From Octopus sinensis (Eukaryota): DNA of 64,000 bases. A program made the translations under genes and the position numbers. How positions within the stretch are numbered: position 1 is the first letter of the stretch; each line of letters begins with the position of its first letter. Below, piece after piece: positions 1-11,608 of the stretch. A model generated the notes under the pieces. It was not told where the DNA came from, did not search any database, and worked only from the letters and a program-made list of their open reading frames with translations. Location: positions 15,686,001-15,750,000 of the forward strand of contig NC_043001.1 in assembly GCF_006345805.1 (NCBI RefSeq), read 5' to 3'.

Positions 1-134
1 TGTGTGTGTGTGTGTGTGTGCAGAACTGGTGTTGTTGTTATTGTTGTTGTAAAAGTATTGGCTTCAAATCAGTCCTGATAAAGCAAAGCTATAAAAGCTA
101 CATAGGTAATCCAAGTCATAAAAATCCCGGTTGG

Positions 135-700
135 ATCGTTAGCCGGACAAAATGCTTAGCAGTAATTATTTAGTCCGTATTTACGTTCCGAGTTCAAATT
201 TCTTCGAAGTCGACTTTGCCTTTCACCTTTTCGGGGTCGATTAAATAAGTACCAGTTACGCACTGGGGTCGATGTAATCGACTTAATCCATTTGTCTGTC
301 CTTGTTTGTCCCCCCTGTGTTTAGCCCCTTGTGGGTAGTAAAGAAATAGGTATTTCGTCTGCCGTTACGTTCTGAGTTCAAATTCCGCCGAGGTCGACTT
401 TGCCTTTCACCCTTTCGGGGTCGATTAAATAAGTACCAGTTACGCACTGAGGTCGATATAATTCACTTAATCCATTTGTCTGTCCTTGTTTGTCCCCCAC
501 CCCCGTGTTTAGCCCCTTGTGGGTAGTAAAGAAATAGGCATTTCGTCAAATTCCGCCGAGGTCGACTTTACCTTTGATCCTTTCGGGTTTGATAAATTAA
601 GTACCAGTGAAACACTGAGGTCGACGTAATCGACTTAACCCCTCCCCTAAAACTGTTGCCCTTCTGACAAAATTTGAATTATTATTATTATCATTATTAT
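135..700 (+). mobile_element. SINE family A, head-to-tail array (diverged head, two young units, short-tail unit)
   Basis: Pol III B-box GAGTTCAAATTCC and body gtcgactttgcctttca..ggggtcgat repeated three times; units joined at aaagaaata|ggtatttcg (349, 537); ends in (att)n. Confidence 0.9.
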
Positions 701-1077
701 TATCCTCAGTGGTTTTCAACCTTTTGCTGGACACCAAGCAAAAATTTAATCACTGGCGTCGAATTTCGTATACAAAAAAAGTTGAAGGAAAACCGGAGTC
801 TTTTCTTTTGGTTTTTCCTTTCACTCTTAAAGTTTTAAAGTTAAAAATTAAGCCCGGCGTGCTAACGTTTCTGCCAGCTCGCCGCCTTAATAATAATCCT
901 TTCTATTATAGACACAAGGCCCGCAATTTTAGGGGTGGGTGGGGTTAGACTCCCACCCCTACAACTTGACTGGTACTTTATTTCATTAACCCCAGAGGGA
1001 TTAAAGAAAGAGTCGACTAGCGCGGGATTTGAACTCGGAAAATTAAGCGGTGAAAGAAATACGGCAAGGTATTCTTA

Positions 1078-1310
1078 CCTATTTCTTTACTACCCACAAG
1101 GGGCTAAACACAGAGAGGACAAACAAGGACAAACAAAGGGATTAAGTCGATTACATCGACCCCCGTGCGTAACTAATGCTTATTTAATCGACCCCGAAAG
1201 GATGAAAGGCAAAGTCGACCTCGGCGGAATTTGAACTCATAACGTAACGGCAGACGAAATACCGCTACGCATTTCGTCCGGCGTGCTAACGTTTCTGCCA
1301 GCTCGCCGCC
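1078..1310 (-). mobile_element. Young SINE A copy, flanked by duplicated older SINE A bodies (883-1077, 1312-1540)
   Basis: Reverse complement reads aaggcggcgagctggcagaaacg (A-box) ... gagttcaaattcc (B-box) ... gtgggtagtaaagaaata. Confidence 0.9.
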
Positions 1311-1904
1311 TTAATAATAATCCTTTCTATTATAGGCACAAGGCCCGCAATTTTAGGGGTGGGTGGGGTTAGACTCCCCACCCCTACAACTTGACTGGTA
1401 CTTTATTTCATTAACCCCCAGAGGGATTAAAGAAAGAGTCGACCAGCGCGGGATTTGAACTCAGAAAATAAAGAGTTGAAAGAAATACGGCAAGGTATTC
1501 TAACCGACGTTTCAACGATTCCACAAGCTTGCTCGCTACCTTTATAGTAATTTGCAAAAAAAAAAACCAAAAAAAAAAAAAAACCCCTGAGATTTGATAA
1601 CTTTATGGAACACCTGGAGTGGTGGCAGCACCATTATAAATAGATAAGGTCCAAAAGGTCCAAGATAGCTAAATACCTGAGAAGAACGAAATATTCCAGG
1701 AAGAATGCAAACAAAGAACTCAGCAAGTTCTTAAAGAATACACCAAGAATGCATATAAAGTGAGAGACTTCAGAAGTAAGTTTTCTTGTAAGGAATACAC
1801 AGAAATTTCAAACGTGGCGTTATTATAAGGATTAATATAGACAGAGATAAAGAGTTCTGGATATAGCATTATTGGCAGATTTCTGGGACAGTTGCTCCTT
1901 TATG

Positions 1905-2225
1905 GAAGCACTCCGTCGGTTACGACGATGAGGGTTCCGGTTGATCCGACCAACGGAACAGCCTGCTCGTGAAATTAACGTGTAAGTGGCTGTCCTTGTT
2001 TGTTCCCTCTGTGTTTAGCCCCTTGTGGGTAGTAAAGAAATAGGTATTTCGTCTGCCGCTACGTTCTGAGTTCAAATTCCGCCGAGGTCGACTTTGCCTT
2101 TCATCCTTTCCGGATCGATAACTTAAGTACCACTGAAACACTGGGGTCAATATAATCGATTAGTCCCCTCCCCACAAATTTGAGGTCGTGTGCCTCCAGT
2201 AGAAAGGATCATTATTATTACTACT
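1905..2225 (+). mobile_element. Chimera: 3' tail of a rarer SINE (minus, 1905-1992) fused to SINE A tail, junction and short-tail unit
   Basis: Reverse complement of 1911-1938 (ggaaccctcatcgtcgtaaccgacggag) resembles the tail of the SINE at 58671-58700; from 1993 the sequence is SINE A. Confidence 0.7.
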
Positions 2226-3304
2226 ACTACAAACAAGAGTCAAGTACCGTGAGTCGATAGCATCCAGCAACCCTAACTCCCACTCAAAATTACTGGCCCT
2301 GTGCCGAAGTTAGAAACAATTATTATTATTGCCAAGAATGCGATATTTTATGCCAACCAAATATATGTTTTCCTTTCAAATCTTTTTGTTCTTTTCTCTT
2401 CTCTAATTTCCTTTGATATGACCGTTTCTTTCGTGTTATGATTTCACGAAAACAGATTTGAAATATAAAGAAAAAAGGCATTTATAGAAATATTTTCAAT
2501 AAAGATTTAATTTGATAAATAAATTTCTTGAAGTAATTCGCTTTTAGCGGTTTCATAAAGCTATAAATGAAAGCGTGCTAGTATTAGGTTTAAAAAAATC
2601 CTTTTTGGATAAAAAATGTTGAAGATTTTTGCTTTCGTATTCAGCTTGCAAGATTTTCTAAGTGAAATCATGTCTTGCGAAACAGATTTTGTCTGCAGAC
2701 GTGGATCAGAGAAGGTATGCCATTGATGGGGACACAAAGGGCAACAGAAGAGCTCTGACGAAGCAGACTAGCTGATTGATTAATATAATGATTAATCAGA
2801 CAATCGATAAATTAATTGGTTACATCAGGGAGTCAGCAAAGTGGACAACACTGAACCTTTGGAAAAACGGTCCTTTGCGTTGCAACGATTTCGAACGTTT
2901 AATGGCGGCTGAATTATCAGCGAAATGAATCTGAAAAAGCGCGATTATTATTTATGGTTTAAAATTTTTTTTTAATTTCTGGTAATATCGATGCAATAAC
3001 TAAAATTCATCAAAACACACGTTTTACATGAAATATTCCTTTTATATAAATATTATAGCACTGAATTTTCATTGTTCTTTACCAATTTCATTACGCATTT
3101 TTTTTAATGAATTTAAAAAAAATATTTCTCATTAAAAAGCGGCAACGACACACACAAAAAAAAGTAATAATTGTTTTTAAATCAAACTTTTTTTTTGTAA
3201 TAATTACACTTTTTAATTTTATGTTAGAAATTCACACGATAGGATCGATGCGATATTAACAATTCTATGAAGTGGTCAATAATATAATAAGACCCTGGGT
3301 CAAA

Positions 3305-3508
3305 CACTGGAGGCACCAGGCCTAGAATTTGTGGGTAGGGGACTAGACGATTATTACATTGACCCCAGTGTTTCACTGTTACTTAATTTATTGACTATGA
3401 AGAGCAAAGTGGACCTCGACAGAATTTGAACTCAGAAAGTAGCTACGGGCGAAATGCCGCAAAGCATTTCGTCCAGAGTGCTAACGATTCTGCCAACTTG
3501 CCGCCTTA
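3305..3508 (-). mobile_element. Older SINE A (short-tail subtype)
   Basis: Reverse complement has head aaggcggcaagttggcagaatcg, B-box and tail ..cctccagtg. Confidence 0.8.
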
Positions 3509-4440
3509 TAATAATGGTTTCAAATTTTGCCACAAGGGCAGCTATTTGGGGAGGGGTTGAGTCGAATTACATCGACCCCAGCTTTTAACTAGTACTTTTC
3601 ACGAAAAGAGAATGGCTCTCTATCCACACACTACAAAACATGCTTCAACACACGAACTCACATAAAGAATCTCGCAAACCAAATCCCCAAACCAATTAAT
3701 ATATATCATATATATTATATAAGTATTTATATATTATATATAAACAACACAGAAAGAAAGCAGTCAATGCTGGAAGTAGACCCCTATTATTGTAGATTTA
3801 CAATAAATACTGCAAGGACCGACATTACTGAGTGTTGTTGGTTATGTAGCACACACACACACACGAAGGCGTGTGCGTATGCATGTGGTGGGGTATAACA
3901 AATGAATGCACAATGCAGATATTATGTAATAGAAATAGATAGGTTGGAAAGGGTAGTGGTGGTGGTGGTGGTGGTGGTGGTGAAACGGGGATGAGGTGAC
4001 GAAATAAAAATTAGGAGGCTCGTGATGATGGTGGTGGCGGCGGCGGTTGCTGGAGGACGAACTTAAGATGACATGAAGACACGAAGAACGTTTTTTCAGT
4101 TTTAATACGCGCAGAAAAAACAAGATATACCGTGAGAAATAAGAGAGAACATTTTTAACACGTTTATCGCTATAACTCGCTGGATGATAAAATAAATAAA
4201 TAGATAGATAGATAAGTAATTTATGAATAGAAACTAAGGAAGAAGATTCTTCAATAGTGAAATTAATCTTCGCAGCCCCCACCCCACCAAAAAAAGTTCG
4301 TTTAGTAGAGTAGAATTGGTCTTTGAGAGTTCTATTGCCAAAGGGAACGGACTACGCAATCTTAACTGAACTAGAAGGAAGGAACGCTCTTTGTTTTCTC
4401 TCTTTCAGCTTGAAGACTATATATATAACGCCTTGCGTAC

Positions 4441-5025
4441 TCGGTAAGTAGCTTGCTTATGAACTACAGGGTTCCGGGTTCAGTCCCACAGCGTGGCACC
4501 TTGGGCAAGTGTCTTCTTCTACTATAGCCTCGGGCCAACCAAAGCATTGTGAGTGGATTTGGTAGACGGAAACTGAAAGAAGCCCGTCGTGTAAACATAG
4601 GCGCAGGAGTGGCTGTGTGGTAAGTAGCTTGTCTACCAACCACATGGTTCCGGGTTCAGTCCCACTGCGTGGCACCTTGGGCAAGTGTCTTCTTCTACTA
4701 TAGCCTCGGGCCAACCAAAGCATTGTGAGTGGATTTGGTAGACGGAAACTGAAAGAAGCCTGTCGTGTATATGTATGTATATATATATATATAATATATA
4801 TATATGCATGTGTGTGTATATGTTTGTGTGTCTGTGTTTGCCCCCCCCCCCCACATCGCTTGACAACCGATGCTGGTGTGAATACGTCCCCGTAACTTAG
4901 CAGTTCGGCAAAACAGACCGATAGAATAAGTACTAGGATTACAAAGAATAAGTCCTGGGGTCGATTCGCTCGAATAAAAGCGGTGCTCTAGCATGGCCGC
5001 AGTCAAGCGACAGAAACAAATAAAA
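4441..5025 (+). mobile_element. SINE family B: partial copy (4441-4592) followed by full copy (4597-5025)
   Basis: A-box TGGCTGTGTGG, B-box GGGTTCAGTCCC, central ggcaccttgggcaagtgtc motif, internal (TA)n, tail gcatggccgcagtca. Confidence 0.9.
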
Positions 5026-5029
5026 CAAT

Positions 5030-5161
5030 AAAACAATATATAAAAATTATTAAAAAAATACACAGTACAGTATTGTTTCTACTTTGCGGATTTTCACCTA
5101 TCGCGAGTGGTGGGGGCAGGGTTTGAACACAACATCGCGATATTCGAGGGATTTACCGTAT
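5030..5161. mobile_element. Right end of a Tigger/pogo-type MITE
   Basis: Shares cagta(c/t)tgtttctactt..gattttcacctatcgcg with 61750-61790; ends in cgcgatattcgagggatttaccg followed by TA. Confidence 0.55.
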
Positions 5162-5696
5162 ATGCAAGTATCAAGTTGTATTCAATTAGTTCCACCAAAA
5201 CTATTTATGAGAGAGTGTGTGTGTGTGTGTGTGTGTGTGTTATTAATTACGGTGCTGTGTGTGCATTTCTCCCAGTATAACCCTCCTTCGCGCAAACATA
5301 GATATAAAAGACGATATCAGAGTCGAACTTGAAACCTAATAACCAGTTTCTGGGGAACAATAACCATCTTTGTGTAAAGTTACTCGTTGAATGTCTCCCA
5401 TGTAAAGATCACAGCTGCAAATGCAGCTCGCCAAGAAGACACAGCTGTACACACACACACACAGAGGAAGGTGGGGAGAGAAACTGATGAGATCCAATCC
5501 TACATTAAGATGTTTCAGGAATAACCACGTCCACATGATCGTGTTGAAATCTTCGATGTAATGTGTGTGTGTGTGTGCATACGTTAATTTATGTCGAGTG
5601 TATGAGAAGGGAGTGCTCAATAAATGATGTAGAGGATATATTTTGTTTGTTTTTTTTTGTTTTTTCAAGTTGAAATCGGAGCTCAGAGTTTATCTC

Positions 5697-5753
5697 GCGA
5701 CTCGAGTTTCACTTCGCCTGAAGATCGCGGTGGCGTGAAACTAGAGTCGCAAA
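5697..5753 (+). ncRNA. Hammerhead-ribozyme-like motif inside a short fold-back
   Basis: ttcgc-CTGAAGA-t cgc ggtg gcg t-GAAA-ct ag ag-TC-gcaaa; 5697-5712 is an inverted copy (15/16) of 5735-5750. Confidence 0.6.
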
Positions 5754-6240
5754 TTAAACTCTCAATTTCAGTTTACATACACACACACACACACACACAC
5801 ACTCATACATACATACATGGGCGACAAATCGATAGAACCAGTAGAATATCGGGTTCAATGCATTCTCCAATATGTTCCTAATCTCTACGCTCTAGGTTCA
5901 AATTACGTCGAAATCAAAACTTTGCATTTTCACTTTTTCCGATATCGATAAACAACAGACCCGTCATGTATATATGTAGACGGATCGATTCTTCCTTCTG
6001 CTCGGCTAACTTTCGCTGCGAGAAGGGTAATGAAGGGCTAGCCCTCGCCTCGTCTCTTTCTACGGAAACGGAGGAGAGAAAGGCAGGTTGTACATATATA
6101 TATACATGTAGATGTAAGTACGTACATATATGTATGCATGTATGCATATATTTTATTTATTACACTATTGTATGACTGAGCGCCATCGCGTCGATTCGTT
6201 CCGTTTCGTTTCGTTTCTTCTTCTTCTCCCAGTACAGTTT

Positions 6241-6271
<31 letters not shown>

Positions 6272-6374
6272 AACCGTAAAACAAGCGAAAAACCTAAGAA
6301 ATAAGATGCTGCAATAGTAATGAGTTAAGATAAAAGTGTGTGTAAGTTTGAGTATATGCACATACAAACAAGCA

Positions 6375-6420
<46 letters not shown>

Positions 6421-6421
6421 C

Positions 6422-6454
<33 letters not shown>

Positions 6455-6477
6455 CATACATATATATATATATATAC

Positions 6478-6710
6478 AAGGCGGCGAGCTGGTAGAAACG
6501 TTAGCACGTCGGGCTAAATGCGTTGCCGTATTTCGTCTGCCGTTACGTTCCGAGTTCAAATTCCGCCGAGGTCGACTTTGCCTTTCATCCTTCCGGGGTC
6601 GATAAATTAAGTACCAGTTACACACTGGGGTCGATGTAATCGACTTAACCCCTTTGTCTGTCCTTGTTTGTCTCCTCTGTGTTTAGCCCCTTGTGGGTAG
6701 TAAAGAAATA
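6478..6710 (+). mobile_element. Full-length young SINE A inserted in (TA)n
   Basis: Complete head, body and long tail; both flanks are (TA)n. Confidence 0.95.
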
Positions 6711-6888
6711 TATATATATATATGTGTGTGTGTTTGTATGGTTGTCAGATAAGTTAAATTTTTCCCCCATTTATTTTCAGTTCTTTCCAATATTATGCAT
6801 TTCATTGATACCAAAGACATTTTTATAGTGCCGTTTTCTACACTTCCAATCTTCAAGAACTTTTGCTTTTCAGGCACATGAAGATGGA

Positions 6889-7107
6889 GTGCCAAATAGA
6901 ATATATGTGTATATATATATATATATGTATATATATGTATATATATATGTATATATATATATGTATATATATATATGTATTATGTATATATATAATATAT
7001 GTATATATATATATGTATATATACATTATATAGGTATATATTATATATGTATATATATATATGTATATATATATTGTATGTTATATATATATGTATATAT
7101 AGTATGG

Positions 7108-7139
<32 letters not shown>

Positions 7140-7471
7140 GTATATTATACATAATATAGTGTAACATATATATATGTATAAATATATATATAGATATATG
7201 TATATATATATGTATATATATATATGTATATATGATAGTACGTAATATATATTATAGTATATATATATAGTATATTATACATATTATATATGTATACATA
7301 TATTATATGTATACATATATATATACATATACATATATACATATATACATATACATATATATATACATATATATATATAATATATATATATATATCTAGA
7401 TATATATATACATATATATAAATACATATTATAGAAATATATATATATATACATATATATATATAACATAC

Positions 7472-7555
<84 letters not shown>

Positions 7556-7563
7556 ATATATAT

Positions 7564-7596
<33 letters not shown>
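6889..7596. repeat. Long compound (TA)n/(TATG)n/(CATA)n microsatellite
   Basis: About 700 bp of nearly pure purine-pyrimidine alternation. Confidence 0.95.
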
Positions 7597-7597
<1 letters not shown>

Positions 7598-8530
7598 CAT
7601 TGATCATAGAACAACAACATCAAATTCGAGTCAACGACTTTATACATAACACTACGTCACCAAACATTTGATCATATATAAGTATTACCACGACTCTTGA
7701 TATAAAGTATACATATATTAAAAAAAAAATACAGAAGGTAGCAAATATAAATACAGATATATAGAACGGCTCATCAAGAAGGTATATACAATCGATTAAA
7801 AATTCTAAAGCGTGTCAGGCGAATAAAAATCTAAATAAAATAAAATATCAATTGACTAAAAAAGATTTTCCTTACACCCGTCAAAAAAGTTCCTTTTCTT
7901 ACGTAAAAGAGTTCCACAAAATCAAGTCGAACTGCGGCAGTGAACTCCCGAAATGGCCATAGGTGTGTTGGACTTGGTTTTGTGGAACTCTTTTACGCTC
8001 CTGGACTCCAACCTATTTCTTTATTGCCCACAAGGGGCTAAACACAGAGAGGACGAACAAGGACAGACAAACGGATTAAGTCGATTACATCGACCCCAGT
8101 GCGTAACTGGTACTTATTTAATCGACCCCGAAAGGATGAAAGGCAAAGTCGACCTCGGCGGAATTTGAACTTAGAACGTAACGGCAGTCGAAATACAGCT
8201 ACGCATTTCGCCCGGCGCGCTAACGTGTCTGCCAGCTCGCCGCCTTCCTGGACTCCAACTTTTCTTACATATCTTTTTGTTTGAGGGGAGTAAGAAAAAT
8301 CTTTATACTCGATTGTACATACCTTCTTGATAGGCCGTTCAATATATCTGTATTTTTATTTGCACATATATATTTTTCACCTAATGTGTTTTTTTTATAT
8401 ATGTATTCTCTATATGTTTAAGAGCCATGGTAATATTTATATATGATCAAATGTTTGGAGGTGTGGTGTTATGTACAGTGTTATGTACAAAGTCGTTGAC
8501 TCGAATTTGATGTTTGTTCTATGATCAATG
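7597..8530. mobile_element. Large diverged inverted-repeat element (arms about 7597-7928 and 7971-8530), Penelope pLTR-like
   Basis: cattgatcatagaac..caaattcgagtcaacgac.. at 7598 mirrors gtcgttgactcgaatttg..ctatgatcaatg at about 8490-8530; inner arms gtaaaagagttccacaaaa / ttttgtggaactcttttac. Confidence 0.7.
8013..8245 (-). mobile_element. SINE A with 14-bp TSD
   Basis: Full head to tail; tcctggactccaac duplicated at 7999-8012 and 8246-8259. Confidence 0.95.
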
Positions 8531-8731
8531 GTCTTTTTTTTTAATCTCTGTCTCAATAACATTTGAGCACTTTTTTGTTTTGCAGTCTTATAAACTCTTT
8601 CGTCTCCATAAAAAGAGGCAAAAATCATCTCTTGTCATATATATATATATATATAATTATATATAGTCTATAAAAACCATAAATCCGAAAGAAGCACACT
8701 CTAAGATACAGAACAGTATACATAAAAAATG

Positions 8732-8819
8732 GGCCAACAAGTTTTGGGATCTGACGATACACCATAAAGCTTAAACCCTTTTATGGACGGGAAACATAAG
8801 GTAATCCCATAAACTGGCC
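8732..8819 (+). ncRNA. Type I hammerhead ribozyme (best-preserved copy)
   Basis: Stem I ggcc-(aaca)-agttt-tgggat / atccca-(t)-aaact-ggcc; core CTGACGA 8751-8757; stem II ccataaag/ttttatgg; GAAA 8791-8794; cleavage triplet GTA 8801-8803. Confidence 0.75.
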
Positions 8820-9062
8820 TACCTCATTTATAATATATATTATATCATATACATAAGATCCAAGGATCGAAGTGTAGGAAGAAAGTTAGCTTCAAGCAAC
8901 TCGTAGTAAAAAAAAAAACATTTTCAGGGACAATTGTGGTTATCGAGACGAAAGGTTGATAAACTGAAAAAAAATGTTCGTTTTATATTTCACCCGGTTG
9001 GTGGGTATGCGAATAAGAGAACACAAGAGTTAAGGAATTGAGAAGATTATATATATATATTA

Positions 9063-9097
<35 letters not shown>

Positions 9098-9143
9098 AAT
9101 ATAATATATATATATATATAATATATATGTATCTATATATACA

Positions 9144-9324
9144 CACTCATAGAAATTCAACAGGCTAGAAAGAACAGTTAGGTTCTATAACCACAAAAAT
9201 TGGTTCCGGAAACTAGATGGTAAAATGTTTTTATTTTTTATTTCGTTCCTGTCGAATTTTATCCCTAATTTTTGTGGTTATAGAACCTAGCTGTTCTTTC
9301 TAGCGTGTTGAATTCCTATAAGTG
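9144..9324. repeat. Inverted-repeat module next to (TA)n (arms 9144-9201 and 9267-9324)
   Basis: About 57-bp arms: ..gctagaaagaacagttaggttctataaccacaaaaatt / aatttttgtggttatagaacctagctgttctttctagc.. Confidence 0.85.
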
Positions 9325-9441
9325 GATTCCTCATGTGTTTAAGTATACTAATATTTATGACTAATCTAGAGTCTTTTGGACTAAATTTTTACACGTTAGA
9401 CCACTGGAAATGTAATTTTAATTAATCTCCATTTCCCTTTG

Positions 9442-9499
<58 letters not shown>

Positions 9500-10541
9500 A
9501 TAATAATAATATAATATAGATCGATCTGATGATCGGTAACGTTGATGTTCGAACAACCAGCTAAGAAGTGCCAGCTGCGCGCGCGCGCACACACACACAC
9601 ACACAAATTTTAGTCTTTGTAATCAATTTTTAAAACCTGGGCTCTTCCTTGACCTACGCATCTGTTATTTCAACTTACGTAATCTCTGTGTTATTTTGGC
9701 TCTTCTTCCTCGACTCCTGTATCTACGTGTTATCTTAAATATATACCAATATAGCATATAATTAGAATATAATTAATAAACAACACGAATGCTAAATATA
9801 TTAAATTCAGTTCTTGATAATGAGAGAAATGAAAACCTGAGAATATTGGATACAGGTTTAGAAACTCGACTTCTTCCAAAACCAACTGTAAAATCTAATC
9901 AGAAAAAAATATGATAAATACGAAATAAAAGAAGATAATACTTGACTATAGCCGCGTGTTTAATGAAGCATGCATTCATCCATCTATACATACAAACATA
10001 CAAGAGGCAAGGCATAAAAATTGGTCGTTACTGCAGTAGTCATTAATAGAGATTCGTTATTGATAGGTTTACTCAATCGATCCATTGATGGGTTGAGAAA
10101 AACTGAACGAGGTAAAAAAAAAAAAAAATTTATGCTACTTTTGTCAGTCATTTCTTTGTTATAACCAAGCAGAACACTGTGTGTGTGTGTGTGTGTGAAG
10201 CAGTCGGATTTTCTGGTTAATTTAGATACGCAGGCACTACTTTGTAAATGCTTGCGTGGACTGATAGCCGAGTCCATAAGAAGAGCTTACTGAGATAGCC
10301 GCACGAATCCCTGAATCCACATTGTATATATATACTACTCTCTCTCCCTCCCTCCCCCTCTCTCTAACTAAACGCGGAGTAGATGTAACAGAGACAACTG
10401 AAGAAGGGAAATATTCTCGTTACTCTGTTTTTTTTTTCGTTCGTTGTTAAAAAAAAAGTTAGTTTCTATGTTTTTGTTTCTCATTGTGCTCAACGTTTTT
10501 TTAATGTCCTGTACCATATGCATGTATATATACATATATAT

Positions 10542-10599
<58 letters not shown>

Positions 10600-10838
10600 T
10601 AATAACAAAGGGTAAAATTAATTAATTAAGAAGTAATCAGTATTTCACCAAGCAGAATTCGGCATGAAAGACTTTGATTTTCGTTATTTTTCCCTTTTGC
10701 CTGCGTGGATTGTTTTCAAGCACTTTGATTTTTCTGGGAGCCCCTTTTAAAATAGAAGGAATAGCTAAGATTTTTTTACTGCTATTTCTAAACTTCGGTA
10801 TGCGGTGAAGCAAATCGTTGCTGAACCCTATTTATAAA

Positions 10839-10896
<58 letters not shown>

Positions 10897-11608
10897 TATA
10901 TATATAACCGATGATATTTGAGAGAATTTCAGTCCAGGTATGAAATAAACATGGATGGATATTCTATGAAGATTTTTTTTTCCATGAAAGATCAATCAGA
11001 AGGTTAAAACACTATGGAGAAGGGGCGGGTGGCGATGCCGTTGTTGTTAAACATTTTGGAGCCAAACAAAGAAGACCCAAAGGAAGCCTCGCATGTCGTC
11101 CATTTTTGGTTAGAAAGAGGAGAGAGAGAATACGACAATAAAACAAGGCATGGTTTGTAAAGTAAGTTGATGACAACAGTAAACAATGAATGGCTGAAAT
11201 ACGGGGATGTGAAGAAGGGTTGGGAAGTTTACCAAAAACTTTTAACCTTCCCGCGTATTGGGATTAATGGGTTTAGGGGATAGGGAGAAAGTCGGGGACA
11301 AGACGACCGACCATACACCCCATACACACCTACCCTTCTCGGTTTTGTGGTCCTTGATTAAGTGTAATGAAAATATAAAATAAAATGAAATAAAAAATAC
11401 TGCTGATATCTACGGACCCTTCAGTTTTAAAGTCCCCTTATCTTTCTCTCTGTCATTCACCGTTGTTTAAATGTCAATCCAATTTAGGGTTAATCCTTTC
11501 CCTGTCACTGACATATTGCTTTCAATACGTTTTATATAGGGAATGGAAGGGGAAACTTCTCTTTCACACACACACATTATTATTATTATTATTATTGTTG
11601 TTGTTGTT

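Noticed and set aside
935-1234. Recurrent peptides such as YLIDPERMKGKVDLGGI, RPRKDERQSRPRRNLNSER and CPRCHAVGLNPEP
   Set aside because: Translations of SINE A and SINE B, not a protein family.
6239-7647. Long YI/CV/HT-repeat ORFs (also at 19-22, 28.7, 37, 39-41, 47 and 62.7 kb)
   Set aside because: They are translations of (TA)n/(TG)n/(CA)n microsatellites, which lack stops in some frames.
10905-10970. CCGATGA ... GAAA next to (TA)n
   Set aside because: Stems I-III do not pair convincingly.
11031-11166. Possible plus-strand exon before a GTAAGT donor
   Set aside because: The frame stops just before the donor and no acceptor or family match was seen.
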